DNA of 64,000 nucleotides from the human T2T-CHM13v2.0 reference genome, Homo sapiens. A model generated the notes under the pieces. It was given only the letters and a program-made list of their open reading frames with translations. It was not told where the DNA came from and made no database searches. Positions 40,117 through 54,187 of the stretch are shown piece after piece (positions within the stretch are counted from its first letter, which is position 1; each line of letters starts with the position of its first letter). A program made the position numbers and the translations under genes. Location: the NCBI RefSeq assembly GCF_009914755.1, contig NC_060926.1. The stretch is one strand, 5' to 3'.

Positions 40117-40427
40117 CCAAATCACTTGTGTTTTTCTTATGGCAATTTAGAATGCTCTTTTACTTCATGTGTAGCTAGCTGGTAAACACAGCTGCTTCCA
40201 CCACCTATCGGTCCATCTGGAGAATCACTCTGTTATCACCATATATAATGAAAAGAATTTTAATTTGGCATCACTTGAATTATAATGTACCGAAAGGAAG
40301 ATTTAATCCTGGCACCTATTTCAGAAGTGTGCAGCCAAGTCAAGATGCCTTTTTGTGTTACTTTTCATGTGGGCATTCAAGATCACACCCCCTCCCCCAC
40401 CCCGCAAAGTTTCAAGAAAGGACTTAC

Positions 40428-40543
40428 AAGTCTCACCTCTCCTTCTCTATGCCATGGTCTTCCATTAGGGATGTATTTGTTTGGGTTCTGTCTCTTTTTC
40501 TGTCCTCCATCAGCAAACTTACACAATAAAGGTTCTGTGGGGG
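40428..40543 (-). CDS. RBMS1: RBMS1 exon 7 (116 nt, or 107 nt with the upstream donor at 40437): (A)[35 protein letters not shown][VRL]
   Basis: acttag|CCCCCACAG acceptor; donors GAG|gtgaga and CTT|gtaagt. Overlaps ORF 40383..40601. Confidence 0.96.
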
Positions 40544-43500
40544 CTAAGTAAACAGAGAAAAATAAAATGAAACCACAATGATACGTGTATGTGGATGACA
40601 AAATGTATTACAAAAATAGGAATAGTGTTCACGCTATTAGAAAATTCATACAACACTTTAAGGCAAAAGCAGTTTACTCAGACCTTTGTAAAACTGTCCA
40701 CGATGAAAAACATAGTGCAGAAAAACATACTAGTTATTATTTCTGAACATTTAAATAACTATTCTGAGGAAGCAAAGGAATCTTTCGATTCACTTTCACA
40801 CTTAAGAGTAGACACATTTCTTTTGGTTTTGGGCCCTCTCCAATTCCACCTCTGGACCGTCACCAAAATAATCTTCAAATTCAATAGGATTGTGCCATCC
40901 TCCCCTCCCCCAACTTAAAATGGTCCCTTAGCGTCCCATTATAATTCCTAAGAGGGACCCTTCACTTCTTCCAGTAGAAAACAAGCCACCTCTACACTGC
41001 TCACACATATATTTTTATTCACAATTTGTAACAATTGGTGAGTATGTTTACTTGCTTGGTGTCTGTTTCCCCTTCTAGGCTATACGCCCCATGGGGGCAG
41101 TAACATTGTCTGTTTTGTCTATCACTGTATCCCCAGTGCCTAAGTGTCTGGACTTTGTAGTTGCTTATTACATCTTGGTTGCATCAGTGAATGAATAGAA
41201 ATAGGTCTCATATGTTTATTTTTGGGATACGTCAGTGAAGATGGCTGTTGTGAGAAAGCTAAAAATACTTGTCCACCCTATTTAAAGGTTTTTCTGTGCC
41301 TTTAATCATACAACTGGGTATTGCTTTACTATATATCTATATACCACTATATATAGATCTGTATATTATTACTATATTACTTATAATATATATTACTATA
41401 TACCTATACATTTATATAAATTCTTCTTACAGAATCCATGAGGCCAAAACAGAAAAGCAGAAGATGTAGAGAATATTTTCAAAGATATATACTCATTAGA
41501 GTTAAAAAAAAAAAAAAGTCTACAGACAGCACAATAGGGCACCAGTAACTTTTCCTTTTCTTTGCTTTTCTGCAATGGAAATAGCAGTGTATTCCAGAAA
41601 GTTGTGCATTTTTCTGTGTTTCTAGTTAATGTAATAAAGGCAATCACACCTTCCTGTCTGGTTCCCACATTCTGTCCTTTGTCTACTGTAGAACCATGAT
41701 TACTACTTTCAAGTTCTGTTTCAAAGTTAAATAACCACGAAGAGAAAAATATTACTTGTGGAAAATTTACTCCTTTCTCCTGTGCCTCTTATTATCCTAA
41801 TTCATCTCTTATTTTATTTCATGATTACCCACCCACTAATGACAGGGTGGAAGCAGTAGTGTCTTTCAACACTTCTCTGCCAAAAAACAAAACAAAAGAA
41901 AACAAAAAGCCCAACTGTAACTCCTTCTGGGTGAGCTGTCTGGGCTGCTGCCTGGCACTCCTTTCTTCTTTCCCTGGTGTGAACCACTCTGGAGGGATGG
42001 GTTGGAATGCCAACTCACTTCTGAATGACAACTGGACTATGGGTATGACGAGTCAGGAACAAAAATGTTAGGTGTCTGGTGAGACTATCAGCAAGCCTTG
42101 GCCCAGATCTAGAGAGGTTTATCCACTGACATTTGAGGTTGTAAGATGTTGACTCCACATAATCTCGTAGAGCAAGAGAGAAGATAATAAATTTGGTGGT
42201 GCTGGTACATAGTGGGTCTTCTCTAAAACGAGGTGCTTTTATCTAGAGGGTTTATGAAAACTAGGTCCTAGACTGAAATTTAACCTTTTTTTTGTTTTTT
42301 TTAAAGAAGTTACTTGGCTCAGCAAGTGATCCCAACTGGCCGTTTTTCTCTATTAGCATAATTTCTTTCAGAGACAGTAAATGATCAGGTTGGACTCATT
42401 CTAGAAGTTCAGTGCAGGCCACCTCAACAGGCAGGTGTGAATAAAAGCAGGTAAGCAGCCAGACCCTGATGCCTGCCTAAGCTCAACATGTGCTGAATGA
42501 CCAAGTGTCCCCATCTGTGGATAAGGTGCTTCTAACACATTTTCCTTCATCTAGACTCCGGCCTGTCAAAGAAAAAAAAAATCTCAGGTGACAATAAAGC
42601 CTGCTAAAAATGCATAACAAGGAGGTAAACATCAAGGGAGTGATGACATGTTTGCAATTAGATCATTTAAAATAAACAAATGGAAGAGGATATAGCTGAA
42701 CCTTTCAAAAAATGAATTATATTTACTACATGATTCTATGCTGTCATTAAGCTATTTTTTCCCCGCTAAAAGCAAAAAGGGAAGTAGTTACAACAGTTTG
42801 TATACTGGCAGGCATTTCATATCTTAGGAAAACAAGCTTTTTAAGAATTATAACCAGTAAAAATGACACATTTCTGAGATAGTTGCTGGCTGCTTGTTTC
42901 AGGGAAATGGGAGTACCCCAATATTCCATGTGAAGCAATATAAAATTCTAACAGCTTTCCTCTTTAAAATTCTCTTTGGTCTATTTAACCATCAAAATTT
43001 TAACTTAATGTCCACTATGTGCCAAGTACACAAGAGCTGGGGATACAGTGGTAGATAAAACAGGGTCCTTGCCTCCCTGGGGCTTGCAGTTTAATGGAGA
43101 AAAGAGTGTACCTAATCTCATGAAAACCCATTTAGTCATTTATGGAACAGAGCATTGTTTTTAGAGGTATTTGTTTTCAATAAAAATGCTAACCAGAAGC
43201 AAAATACTTTTGATGCAGAAACAGCTGTATTTCTTTGACAATTGCTGTTCCATTTATTTGAAGGACATTATTAGAAACAGCTTCTCCCTATAAGTTCTTA
43301 ATGTTTTATTCATTACAAAGATTGTCCATGTGCCCTAGGAAAGCAAATTACATCAAGATTTAAGAAATTTTTAGGTATTTTAGGGTGGCAAAAGGGCCTG
43401 ACTTATTGTAATTGATATGTGGTCTTACCATGATGTTGAGCAAGGGTTAGATGATCTGTTAGATTTTTGGGTAGGAAAAACAAACAAAACACACTGATGT

Positions 43501-46500
43501 CATGACCCACTTATTTTTAAGTGTGTGTGAGCGTGTTACAAAATGAGAGATCCTCATTTGGCCAGCATCTCCTGTGGCTTCTACCAAACCAGCGGTAGTC
43601 CCTAGTTTGCCTTTTGGAGCTGAATATACAGGTTACAGGTTGAAGAATCAGGAGATCCTATGTGACAGTAGCTTGTTCTATAGAGCGTACCTTTCAGCTG
43701 AACTCCAATTGTTTTTTACAAGGGAGAGATACCGGAAGACTGACATGCAGAAAAGGAAGTGCCATAAATACTAGTCATATGACTTTGAGTGATATGTAAG
43801 TTTGGCCAAATTAATATAAAAATTAATATGTAACTGTCAATCTTCTATATGCATGGTTACTTTTCCAGATTAGCAACTTTTTACCTTATTCTGCAAAGCA
43901 GTGATTACAAATAATTCTGACAAATGATTTGTGATTTAAGATGTATTCCTGTGTTAAAGTACTATAAAAATGATATAACCTACCCTTAAATCAACTGATT
44001 TTGCCAAATATGCAGAGCATTCTAGGTTAAATTTCCCCTTAATTAGTTGTGATCTTTTGGGTTTGTAAAGGGATTCTCATTCTCATCACCCAAAACTAAA
44101 GAGTTATTTTCCTGTTCATCAGAACCAACAGGAACATGCATCTCCAACAGCTTGACAACTGCAGTGTTACCTTGAGCATTTGTTAAAGGCCCCAGGCAAC
44201 ACTGCAATGCAAACACTGATCTAATATTTTCCGGCATCTCTTAAGAGCCATCTAAGGTAATCATGTCACTGGATTCTCCAGTGTGCTCTCAACAGAGCTT
44301 TGAGAGTGGGATGGTCTCTTACACAAGCTTGATTTTGTGGTACTGACAATCCTTCCTGAGACTGTGAGCTCCATGGATAAGGCTCAGGCTGACTTGCTGC
44401 CCATCTCCACCGAGTATTTTCCTTACCGATCTTCTGAAACAACTCTACAGTGATTTGTGCTCCAATGTCTTTCCTTGATATTTGTACTAAAAAATCACTT
44501 CTAGAATGCCTGCTCTGAGTAAGCACTGTAGCTCATGATGAGATCTGCAAGTCCTCCTCACTTATCAAACAGCTTGGAAGGACTTGGAGCTCTCTAGAGT
44601 TTGTAACAGAACTGATCTTTTCCTCAGCAGGTTCTAACGAAGGTCTTCTCCGTGCTTTTCCCTGTCAGATGCTGACAGCAGTTAACAGCTGGAGAAACTG
44701 TCACTTCCAAACTTCCATCTTTCTAGTTATGCTGTATTTTATCCTAATCAAAACACTGTAAAATGTAAACTGCCCTTGATAGAAGCTTCCCTATCCACTG
44801 TGGAAAACTAGTCCACTCAGCAACTGTAATTAGCTTTCTTTCTGATAATGTTGGCTACTTTCAACACTCCTCAACTCACAAAATGCAAGGAACTAGCTGC
44901 TGCTTTTAAAACATTTCAATAAGGATCCAATAAATATTATCTATTTTTTATGGGCACAACATCGTTTCCTGTTTTAGCCCTCTCCTTTTCTAACTGAATT
45001 CTGTTGACCTATTCAACCACTAGGAAGAGCTACAGCTTTTCTCTGTGGACGTTCTTCCTCCCCAGGCTGTTTAGGTTTCTCCTCCTCCCCTGTGCCTTAG
45101 GTAGTGTTTCTATCTCCAACCCAGTTTGAGAAGAGAGTAACATTTGTAATATCGTCATGTTACAATCATGTTACCTGATTATATATAGTCATGCTTTGCT
45201 CCTGCTGGGTTTGAGTTTTCTTCTTATTGAAATTCTCCTTCACCTCACTTCCCAACCCATCAACTAAGAGTTGTTTATCAGTAAAACAATGATTTGACAA
45301 TATTAAAGTCATGTTAAATACAAAACAAAAACTCCATACCTCCCATGACTCCAACAAACATCTTTTAATTTTCTATATTTACTACTTTTCTAAGTCTATG
45401 TAGAGCCATTTATTTTTCACATTTGCAATGATAGGTCCTTTTCTTCTACCATTTATGTTGTGGGTCCTTCTCTACCTTGTTTAATGGTGACATAGTATTT
45501 TATTTGCATAGTTTATTATTGTAACTAACACCGCAGGAACATCTGTGTGTGGATCTTAATCTTTTTTAATTCCAGTGCCAACTGCTATAGTGGTGGGTGT
45601 ACTGTATGGTGGTATTCTAACCAGTATTCTAACTGGCTCATAATTAGTCTCCAAGGGTTTAAAATTCTGCTTTTGTATTTACTAGCTAGTGACTCCGGGA
45701 AAGTTATTCAATGTCTCTGGTCTCATAATCTCTGAAATGGGGATGATAATAGTGCCTACTTCAAAAGCTTGTTATAGTTAACATAATAAGTGCTTAGAAG
45801 AGCTAGTGTTCTTAACTACTGTGGCAACAGGGGGAGCTCAAACTTTTGAATTATGGCTCCTCCTCTTGTTTTCAAATGAAGAAAAATTCTCAGGAGAGGG
45901 ACACTTCTGGTTCAGAAGGTCTAAACACTTGGGGACTGGCCTGTTATCCATGGGATTTGAATCTGAGAGATTTAAGGAGCTGGCTAGAGTTGCTGCCTTG
46001 GCTTCTTACAGAATGAAGAAATGTTGAAGTTATAGTTAAGGATAAAGTTACTGGTCAATGTCTTTTAGAAAACTGTTACACAATAACACCTACAACTTCT
46101 ACCCAAGAGCCTTGTGCTTTAATAAAATCTTACTCCACTATTTACTCCTCACTGGCAGAACCTGATCGTGAAAGGGTGTAAAATGTTGATTTGTGAGGCT
46201 GGCTGTAGGCTGGGTGTGATCGATGGTGATAATTGTTGTAAGGCAGCCTCACCATAAGCCTGGTGTGGGGACTAGAACACTGGCACATCTCAGGTTGTGG
46301 GCCCCTGTCACTTTTTAAAAACTAGTCTTCTCCTCCTCAGTAGGAATGAATTTGAATTCTGGATCTGCAAGACCGCCCTTGCCCCACTGGCCACCTAGGC
46401 CTGTTCCAGCGCTTTTGCTGTCACGACAACAATTCTTCTTAAGAGTATAGCCCTTGAAAGGTACAGCTCATGATGCTGTGTGAGTTCAGATCCAGTTCTG

Positions 46501-49500
46501 TTTTATGTACCGGGTGAGGGAGATATGACTGCACATCCTGAAGGTACCAGGGACATTCCACATGTCTTCAAGTATTTCTTTTGTCCTAGAGCTACCAAAA
46601 TTTTCTGTTTTTACAGGGTAACAATGCTTAAGAGAAATATTAAGGGAACAAAATGGGCAATAAAAACCTTTGAAAAATCTCCAGGCCTTTTACTAGATTC
46701 ATAATTTTCCCTCTAAACATTATCTTTTCTGCTACCTGGCATAGGACAATGCCCTCATAATATCACTATACACACAGAGTTATGAAATGTGGGCAAGAGC
46801 GGTTTTCAAGCCCCACTGGACACATAACCAATTGGAAAAGTCAGAGTAACACAGAAAGCAGATGTAAAACAAGCTGAAGCCTTTGAAGGGAGTCTGCCAG
46901 CAGACACATATGCACTTCATTGAGGCTCCTCTGTGACAAGATGAAGCTGTGAGCGATGTGGCAGAATGATAACAGTGCAACACTGAGAATCTAACAGGCA
47001 TTCCCTGCCCTTAGCACACAGGGACTTATTCACACTCCATTAATGTCATGGAGAGGTTCAGAAAGCGAGATGGGAAATCATACTGTCTCCTGCAGCACTG
47101 AACACACAGTTAGCCTTTGTCTTTGAGAGGTGGTGGTGGTGGCGAGGGGGAGAGGTGTTTGTGCAGGGAGTCAGGGCGCCAGAGCTGTTCTCAGCTCTAG
47201 GATAGTTCCAGCTCACATGCCATACGCATTAGTCTTCTCAAAGACTGTACTCTCTTCCAGGAAGGTCCTAGAAGAGCATTTTTAGACAAATCACTGAATC
47301 ATGATCATGTGTTTCAGTGTTTTTGCCTGAGGCATGTCTCCTAATTTGGACACTGGTTCTAGATAACTAAAACTTCCCATCTCTGTTTCTAACATTCATT
47401 GTGTAGAAAACTGCCACCATACTATTTCTGCATAATGGAATTTTTATCAAGCAAGTATTAAGTGGTTGTGGAAAAACTCGATGGAATTCACCTAGCTGTG
47501 TCATGAAGAAGCCATGGGTTCTTTTACCCTGGTTGGGGACATTCCATGTAAATCTGACTTAATACAAACAAGCCACCTCCAATATTTCAGGAAAAAATGC
47601 AGGACTGGGTGGGGAAAGACAGAAGGAAAGGCCACATAAGCAATTATTTTTTCCCCCAACAAACTATAATATACATTTAAAGAAACATCTGCTATAAGAA
47701 AAGATAAAGCCTCTTTTAAAATATAGTGACATCAGACACAAAAGCACAAGATTTTAAAAGAGCATTTCAGAAAGCAGACGGCACTAGAAATTGTGATGTG
47801 GTACATTAGATTTTTACAAAACTGTAACCATGTGCTTTATTATGTGCCATGCCCCAGGCCAGAGTGGAACATGGCTGGCATGAGGGACCCAGCCATGCCA
47901 CTCGGGTATGGAAAGAATATGGTGGCAGGAGGGCAGGCAGTGTAGAAGTGACAGCTCATGTGCATAGCTGACTTCCTCCTGCTTAGTCATCTAGAGACTT
48001 CCTTAAGAGTGTCACAGCTAGGATGAGTTCATTGTTCAGTTTGTTCATTTTGAGAAAGTATCTTTCGGGAATTGTGTCTAACGTGGGTTTCTTTTCTGTA
48101 CTTGGCTCCAATGTCATGGGCAAACTGCCAGCCATGCAAGAATCCAAGTATTCTGACAGGAATCATCCCAGATAATTCTGCTTACGCCAGCTAAACAACT
48201 TGCATCATTAAATAAACCGTCTTCTGACTGTATTTATGAAATGTTATGTCTACCTATCAATGAGACTACATTATGCAAACATTCAAGTGGAGGCTCATTC
48301 AACTGACCCCTGCCTGACAATATTTTTGTTTTTTATCTGGTTCTTCTGATAATAATCATATGCCCTCCACAGAGAAACTGATGCTATGGAGTAACCATTC
48401 AGGGGATATAAAGAAAGAACAGTATCTAATACACAAACTGGTACTCAAAAGAATTCTGAAGTCACCATGTATACAAGAAAAAAAAAAAAAAGAAAAAAGA
48501 AGTCCAGAGAAGTTGAAAACTCTTTCACATTCTTTGTGGGTTTTCAAGTCTACTGGGGACTTGTTTTGGAAAAAGCTGAATTCACTGTGCCAGTGTGCTT
48601 CCAAGTCTGGCATTATACATTTAACATTCATGCCTAAAGGCAATTTAACCTCCTGTGCAAAAAGGTGGTATCCAAAAAGGCCCTCAAATTAGCAATAATT
48701 CTTGGGAAGAGCTCTGCATGAAAAATGCTCTTAGAAACCTGTTGGTAACTTCTGGTGGTAGGGTGATGCACAAGTTCCCTGAGTCTAGCACAAAATTAAA
48801 AAGAAAACATAGCTCCTGCCCCCAAAGAACATGCAATCTAATTGTCAACCAAGACTTACACACTCAAAAGATCATTACACATTCAAAATGGCACAAAATT
48901 AAGTGCTAATTCAGAACAAAGTGAACAGCTTGACTGAAAAACTGTACCCCTGCAGTAACGCTTTCAATGTAAAAGGAACTAATCTGTTTCTTGTGCTCCA
49001 TTTGTAACTTGGCACAGCTTGGAAGAAATTACTCTTTACTAGCTGTGAAGGTGAAGAGGATCCTACGATCATTTACATGTGGTTTGGAAATCTAGGGCTT
49101 TTATTTCCCTTGAATGGATGTGACCAATAGTCTGCAAACCCCCTTCAAAGAAAACACCAATGACAAAACCACGAAGTTCTTTAGAGAAAAAAAGAGACTG
49201 TCTAACCTTGATCTGTGACACCCTGAGATCTACTGTATTCAAGGAACTGAAGAGCTTTTGTTGTTATTAATTTAGCAAACCATTCCTTCAACAGGGAAGA
49301 TCTTATCTTAGACTGATACACCATCAAAACAAAAGTGTCCTAGATGTTTTTCCTTCTCAAACTTTCCTTGTTGCACACAAGAATGAGTTAAAAAAGCAAA
49401 GAGGTCACAAGTAGGTGGATGAATAGGTGGTCACAAGTAGGTGGAATAGTCCCTTCAAAGGGACTAATGTGTGGGGCCCTGCTCGTGCAAAGGCTGACAC

Positions 49501-50879
49501 CGTAGGAGCAAGAAAACGCCAGCTGGGCACAGGTGCTCAATGCCGGAGGCTGACAGGGTAGGGTTTACAGAAGACTCCCACGTACAAAATTTCTCCTTTG
49601 TCTTTACTTGGGCAGAAGTTAAAAACATTATTTTCTCTTTCCATTTTTTTTCAACTCTACTGATGTTGATGGGAAAACAATACTAACTTAAAAAACAAAA
49701 AAAGGAATCTCTTCCACTAGATTGAGTTTCTTGAAATAATTACTTCCAGGTTTTATATTTTATGCTCCAAATTTGTGTATGTAAGCAGTTCAACTTCAGA
49801 TACAGTCACAGATGCAGTGTGCTCTCAGGTTTTAGTATTACAAGATCAGGTGTAGCCTGTGGAACTGCACATACAAATTAGTTTCTCTATGAAATGAAAA
49901 GCAACTGAATACAGAAAATTAAAGTGAATTTCTAATGGTAATCATCAGTCATCTAGCTAAAGATAAAACAGTGGAGCTACGGCGGAATAAATACTAAACA
50001 CTAGTTATACGTGCACAGCCTTGGAGAAACTGCTCTCTTCCATGACTTCTGGCTGGAATGAATCTAACTTCAAAACACCTCAATGTTTCTTGGCTGTGTC
50101 TCATGTGAAAAACTGGGATAAATATTCTATATTGCCTCTGTGCTTGCTTTCAAGATTGGGCCTGACCTGTTTTTTTATGTTATTTAATAAGGTTCAATTC
50201 ACTGAATCTATTAACTTCAGTGTGTACATATTTTTGCATAGAAAAAGTGGCAAAAATCTGTGTTTTGGCAAATGGGGCACTCTGTTCTAATTCTTGTGGA
50301 TTCTGTGGCAGTTGCTCACTTTAGAGACTCCTCCCCCATTCAGATATGAGCACCAGTGTCTGCTCTCCCAGCCTGAGTATTTGGGATAAATCTTCTTGAT
50401 ATGGTGAACCCACTTGACACTCCAACAAACAGGTGGCCAGGGTAGCAGTTAAAGGCTCCCTCTCCAGACCTGTACCCAACACTAAGTGAAACCTCAACTT
50501 TAACCCTTGGGCATGCTTGGGCAGAAGCTGGAAAGTAGGACTTTTAGCTGACATGGACCTAAGGCTCAAAGAAGACTTGCTGATCTGGGATACAGATTGG
50601 GAAGTAGAATTACAGATGCATTATGCCAGCTAAACATAAGATGACTAAAATTACAGGGGAGAAAGATGGAGGAGGGTGTATGTGGCTTTTTTTCTTTTTC
50701 CCCATTTTAACAATTTCATTACCTCCCCCTCAAAGCAAGGTGATGTGGTTTCTAAATTTTGAAACTTTCTCCTTTCTGGCAGGTGGCATGCTAGTGGCTG
50801 GCTGCAAATCAGATCAGAAGACATTTCAATTTCCCCCCACATGGTAGCTTGTTAAGAACATGGTATTGGCCTGGTGTTA

Positions 50880-53800
50880 CAGTGTAGTAAAATTTATTCA
50901 AAACCACCAAATATTTGTTGTTGCATAGTATGGCTCAAAAGTTGTGGTGGGCATGAAAATAAAAAGCTGAAGATACAGTTTCTACTTTCAAGGAGCTTCT
51001 AGTTTAGTGGGACTGACACATGTAAACATGTTAAGTGCCACAGCACACACGGAGGTGTCCTCAAGGTGATGATCTGCAGACACAGCATAACCCAACTGGG
51101 TCAGAGGAGGTCCTTGCAGGGAGAAGGCAAGCCCTGAACACAGTCTTGAAAGCTGAGGAAGAGACAGCCAGGCTAAAGGGAACCAAAGGGATCTGGGTCA
51201 TTGGAAACCATGAGAGAAAGCCAAGAAAAATGATGCAGCACGCTGTGTTGGGAATACCATTTGTAGTTCAATGTTGGAGGAGGATAAGCAGGAAGGCAGA
51301 GGATGGAGGGAGACAGGACTGCAGAAGTAGGCAAGGGCTCCTGTCACCTTTGGCTTTCCATGCCATTCCAGGAATCCTCAATCTTTCCTTCTAACTGAGA
51401 GGGGGTCGATTTTTAACAATAAAGTGACACATAGGTATATATTTTATCTAAGTCTCTCTGGCTACAGTCAGGGAGAATACCTTAGAGAGGTAAGAAGAAA
51501 TAGGGCTGATGCAATGGTGCAGATGAGAGATGATCAGAAATTAAACTAGGCAGTGGCAGAAGAAAGGGAGGGAGAAGGTAGATTCTAGAAATAATCAGAA
51601 AGAAAAATTTGGGGACTTGAATGATTATTTGTATGTGAGATACAAAGCACAGGGGAGGTAGGGGAGTCCAGTCCTGGGTTTCTAGCTTGGGAGTCTGGGT
51701 AGATACTGGTTCCACTAACTGAGAGCAGGAAAACAGGAGGAAGAGCAGAATTAGATGGGAAGTGAGGTAAGGGGGACTAGTGTAGTTCTGGAGAGGATGA
51801 ATATAAGGTAACTGAGGTCAGGCAGTCTGAAACTCTGGGGAACAGCCAGGATGAGAGATGAATGAGAGTCAATGACTATGAATATAAGTAGTAGTTAAAA
51901 CCTTGAGAGTAGATGAAATTATCAGAATCCTGAGCCAAAAAATGGAATTCAAGGCAACACTAACAATTAAAAGCAGATAGAAGAAATAAGTTTACAAAAG
52001 AGAAAGGATTAACACAAGATGGGAAGAAAACGGAGACAGGTGCAAAAGTAGTCAAGGGAGGACGCACTTCATGGATGAGTGAGGGGCCAGCAGTCCCAAA
52101 TACATACAGCAGACAGACACAGGATAAAAAGAGGGGAAATTCTCCAGATGGGGTAATCAGGAATTAAGAGTTACAGGTTGAACTGTGTGGGGTCCTAACA
52201 CCCAGCCCTCAGAATGTGATCTTACTTAGAGACAAGGTCATCAAAGTTAAAGTAAGATCATGGCGAGGGGGTAGGCCTTCATCCAATATGGCTGCGGTCT
52301 TCCTAAGAAAGGGAAATCTGGGCACAGAGACAGATACACAAAGAGGGAAGGTGCTGTGAGGAGATTCGGGGAGAAGACAGCCATCTACAAGCCAAGGAGA
52401 GAAGCCTGAAACAGATCCCTCATAGCCTGGCTTGGGTGTCTGGGTAGAAGGAACCAACCCTGCTGACATCTTGATCTTGGACTTCTGGCCTCCAGAACCC
52501 TGAGACACTAAATTTCTATTGTTTAAGCCACTCAGCTTGTGGTACTTTGTTATGGCTGTCTAGCTAACTAATATTGCGCATTTACCAAGAGGAATTTCAA
52601 CCACACACCAGGGAATGTCAGATTGGAGAGAGTGATGCATAAATGGGAAGTAAGGAAGTGAAGACTACACTTTTAAATGTTGACATGAGAAGGTGCTGTA
52701 AGGAACCAGAGTGCTTAGTTTAGTTTCTAGATTGTAAAGACTTAAATGATTTCAAACACAAATGGCTATCTTCTTGAATATTTTTGGCATGAAGTAATTC
52801 ATAGTTTTTGTTCACTGAATCCTGTGATTTAAAAAATGTCTATTGTAGTTATGTTCACAAGTTTTGTTCCTAGTGTTACTTGTTTGCACGTTTCCCCCCA
52901 TTTCGTCACCAATTAGTCTTGCTAGATATCTATTTTAGTAACTGAAAATCAAATTTCTCGGCTTTGCTGAAAAAAAAAATGAACAAAAGCAAAAGACAGA
53001 GACTGAAATTATAGGAGAGCAAGGCAATGACTGGCAGAGCAATGTCTCAATGAGACGGCACCTCAAGGACAGCTTCGAAACCCTTGTACATGAGACTTTA
53101 AGAAAGGGGACTGATAAGACTGGATGTGGGTGTAGGTCCCCTTGCTGGGAGAGAGCAGGAAGCTGACGGAGCTTCTAGCTGGTGATTTCAATTTTATTCA
53201 TCAAGTAGGAAGTGAAGTCATCCACTTGAGATTAGGGAGGGGGTTAGGTAGGGGACTGAGCAGGCTGGGGAAATTGAGAACTGCTGCTAGGGAAGGGTAA
53301 GGAAGCTGAGTGAGGACTGGTGGTGCTGAGCAATTGATTAAGCTGAAGACATTTAATTTGTGGTAGTGCCAATCTTTGGCTGCATGGATATAACAGGAGT
53401 GGTGTGCGTGAATTACAGCAGGATTAATTCAGGTTCAGCATTCTGTCATGACAGTGTGAACAAGGGATGGGGTGCAAGAAAAAGGAGAATGCCACTTAAG
53501 AAATGATTTTAACACTCAAAAATGGAGACCAGACTTAGTAGGAAAGAGAAACAGGTAAAGGAGGATGAATAAACAGTGAAAAGAGAAGGATCCCTTTGTA
53601 TTTCAGATCAGGGTTTGTGGGAGTTAGAGTAAGTGTGACATTGGAATGAAAAACCCATGAAGTGTGGTGTTCTTGGTAATGACAACACAATGTAAAACCA
53701 TGGGAGAAAGTGGCTAAAGTGGAGTGGACATAAAGGCCATAGGAACTGAGGTCTAGGCACTGCTGGGATAGAAAGGTACCACAGTGCTCAACGGATATGA
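50880..53800. mobile_element. Degraded L2-like tract
   Basis: Purine-rich L2-like motifs (ctactttcaaggagcttctagtttagtggg; ggggagtccagtcctgggtttctagcttggg; gttccactaactgaga). Confidence 0.55.
52169..52575 (+). mobile_element. MLT1B/C-like MaLR solo LTR
   Basis: gaaggaaccaaccctgctgacatcttgatcttggacttctggcctccagaac...tgtttaagccactcagcttgtggtactttgttatggc. Confidence 0.85.
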
Positions 53801-54107
53801 TCAAATGAAGGGAGGTTCACTGAGGATGGTGATAAGGTGGTTCAGAAGCTGGCTGCTGCATCAAAAGAGGAGTGAATTGCACAATGCTTTACAAGTCAGC
53901 TCCTTACCACTGCTTCCATTAACATTTAAACATCCAATGCCTATGCCTAGGGAGAGGTGAATTTTTAAGTCTTATTTCTAAATCCAACAAAATGCATCTT
54001 AAAGAGTGAAATGAGGGGTTTTTGTTCTATTGAAGAGTCATCATGTGCTAAAGTTAAACATACATCATATAGAAGACTACTGATGAAGTTTCAGACAAAC
54101 AACATAC

Positions 54108-54187
54108 CAGAAACTCCTGGTGGTGTCTTAATAAATTTTCCATTAAAATGACCAATAACAGCTTCACATTTTTCTGTTGATTCCATC
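54108..54187 (-). CDS. RBMS1: RBMS1 exon 6 (80 nt): (R)[26 protein letters not shown](A)
   Basis: aatag|GATGGAA acceptor, TCTG|gtatgt donor. Phase 2 in, phase 1 out, matching neighbours. Confidence 0.96.

Noticed and set aside
49403-49445. Small local duplications (also ~16006-16030 and ~31082-31125)
   Set aside because: Ordinary slippage duplications with no sign of function.
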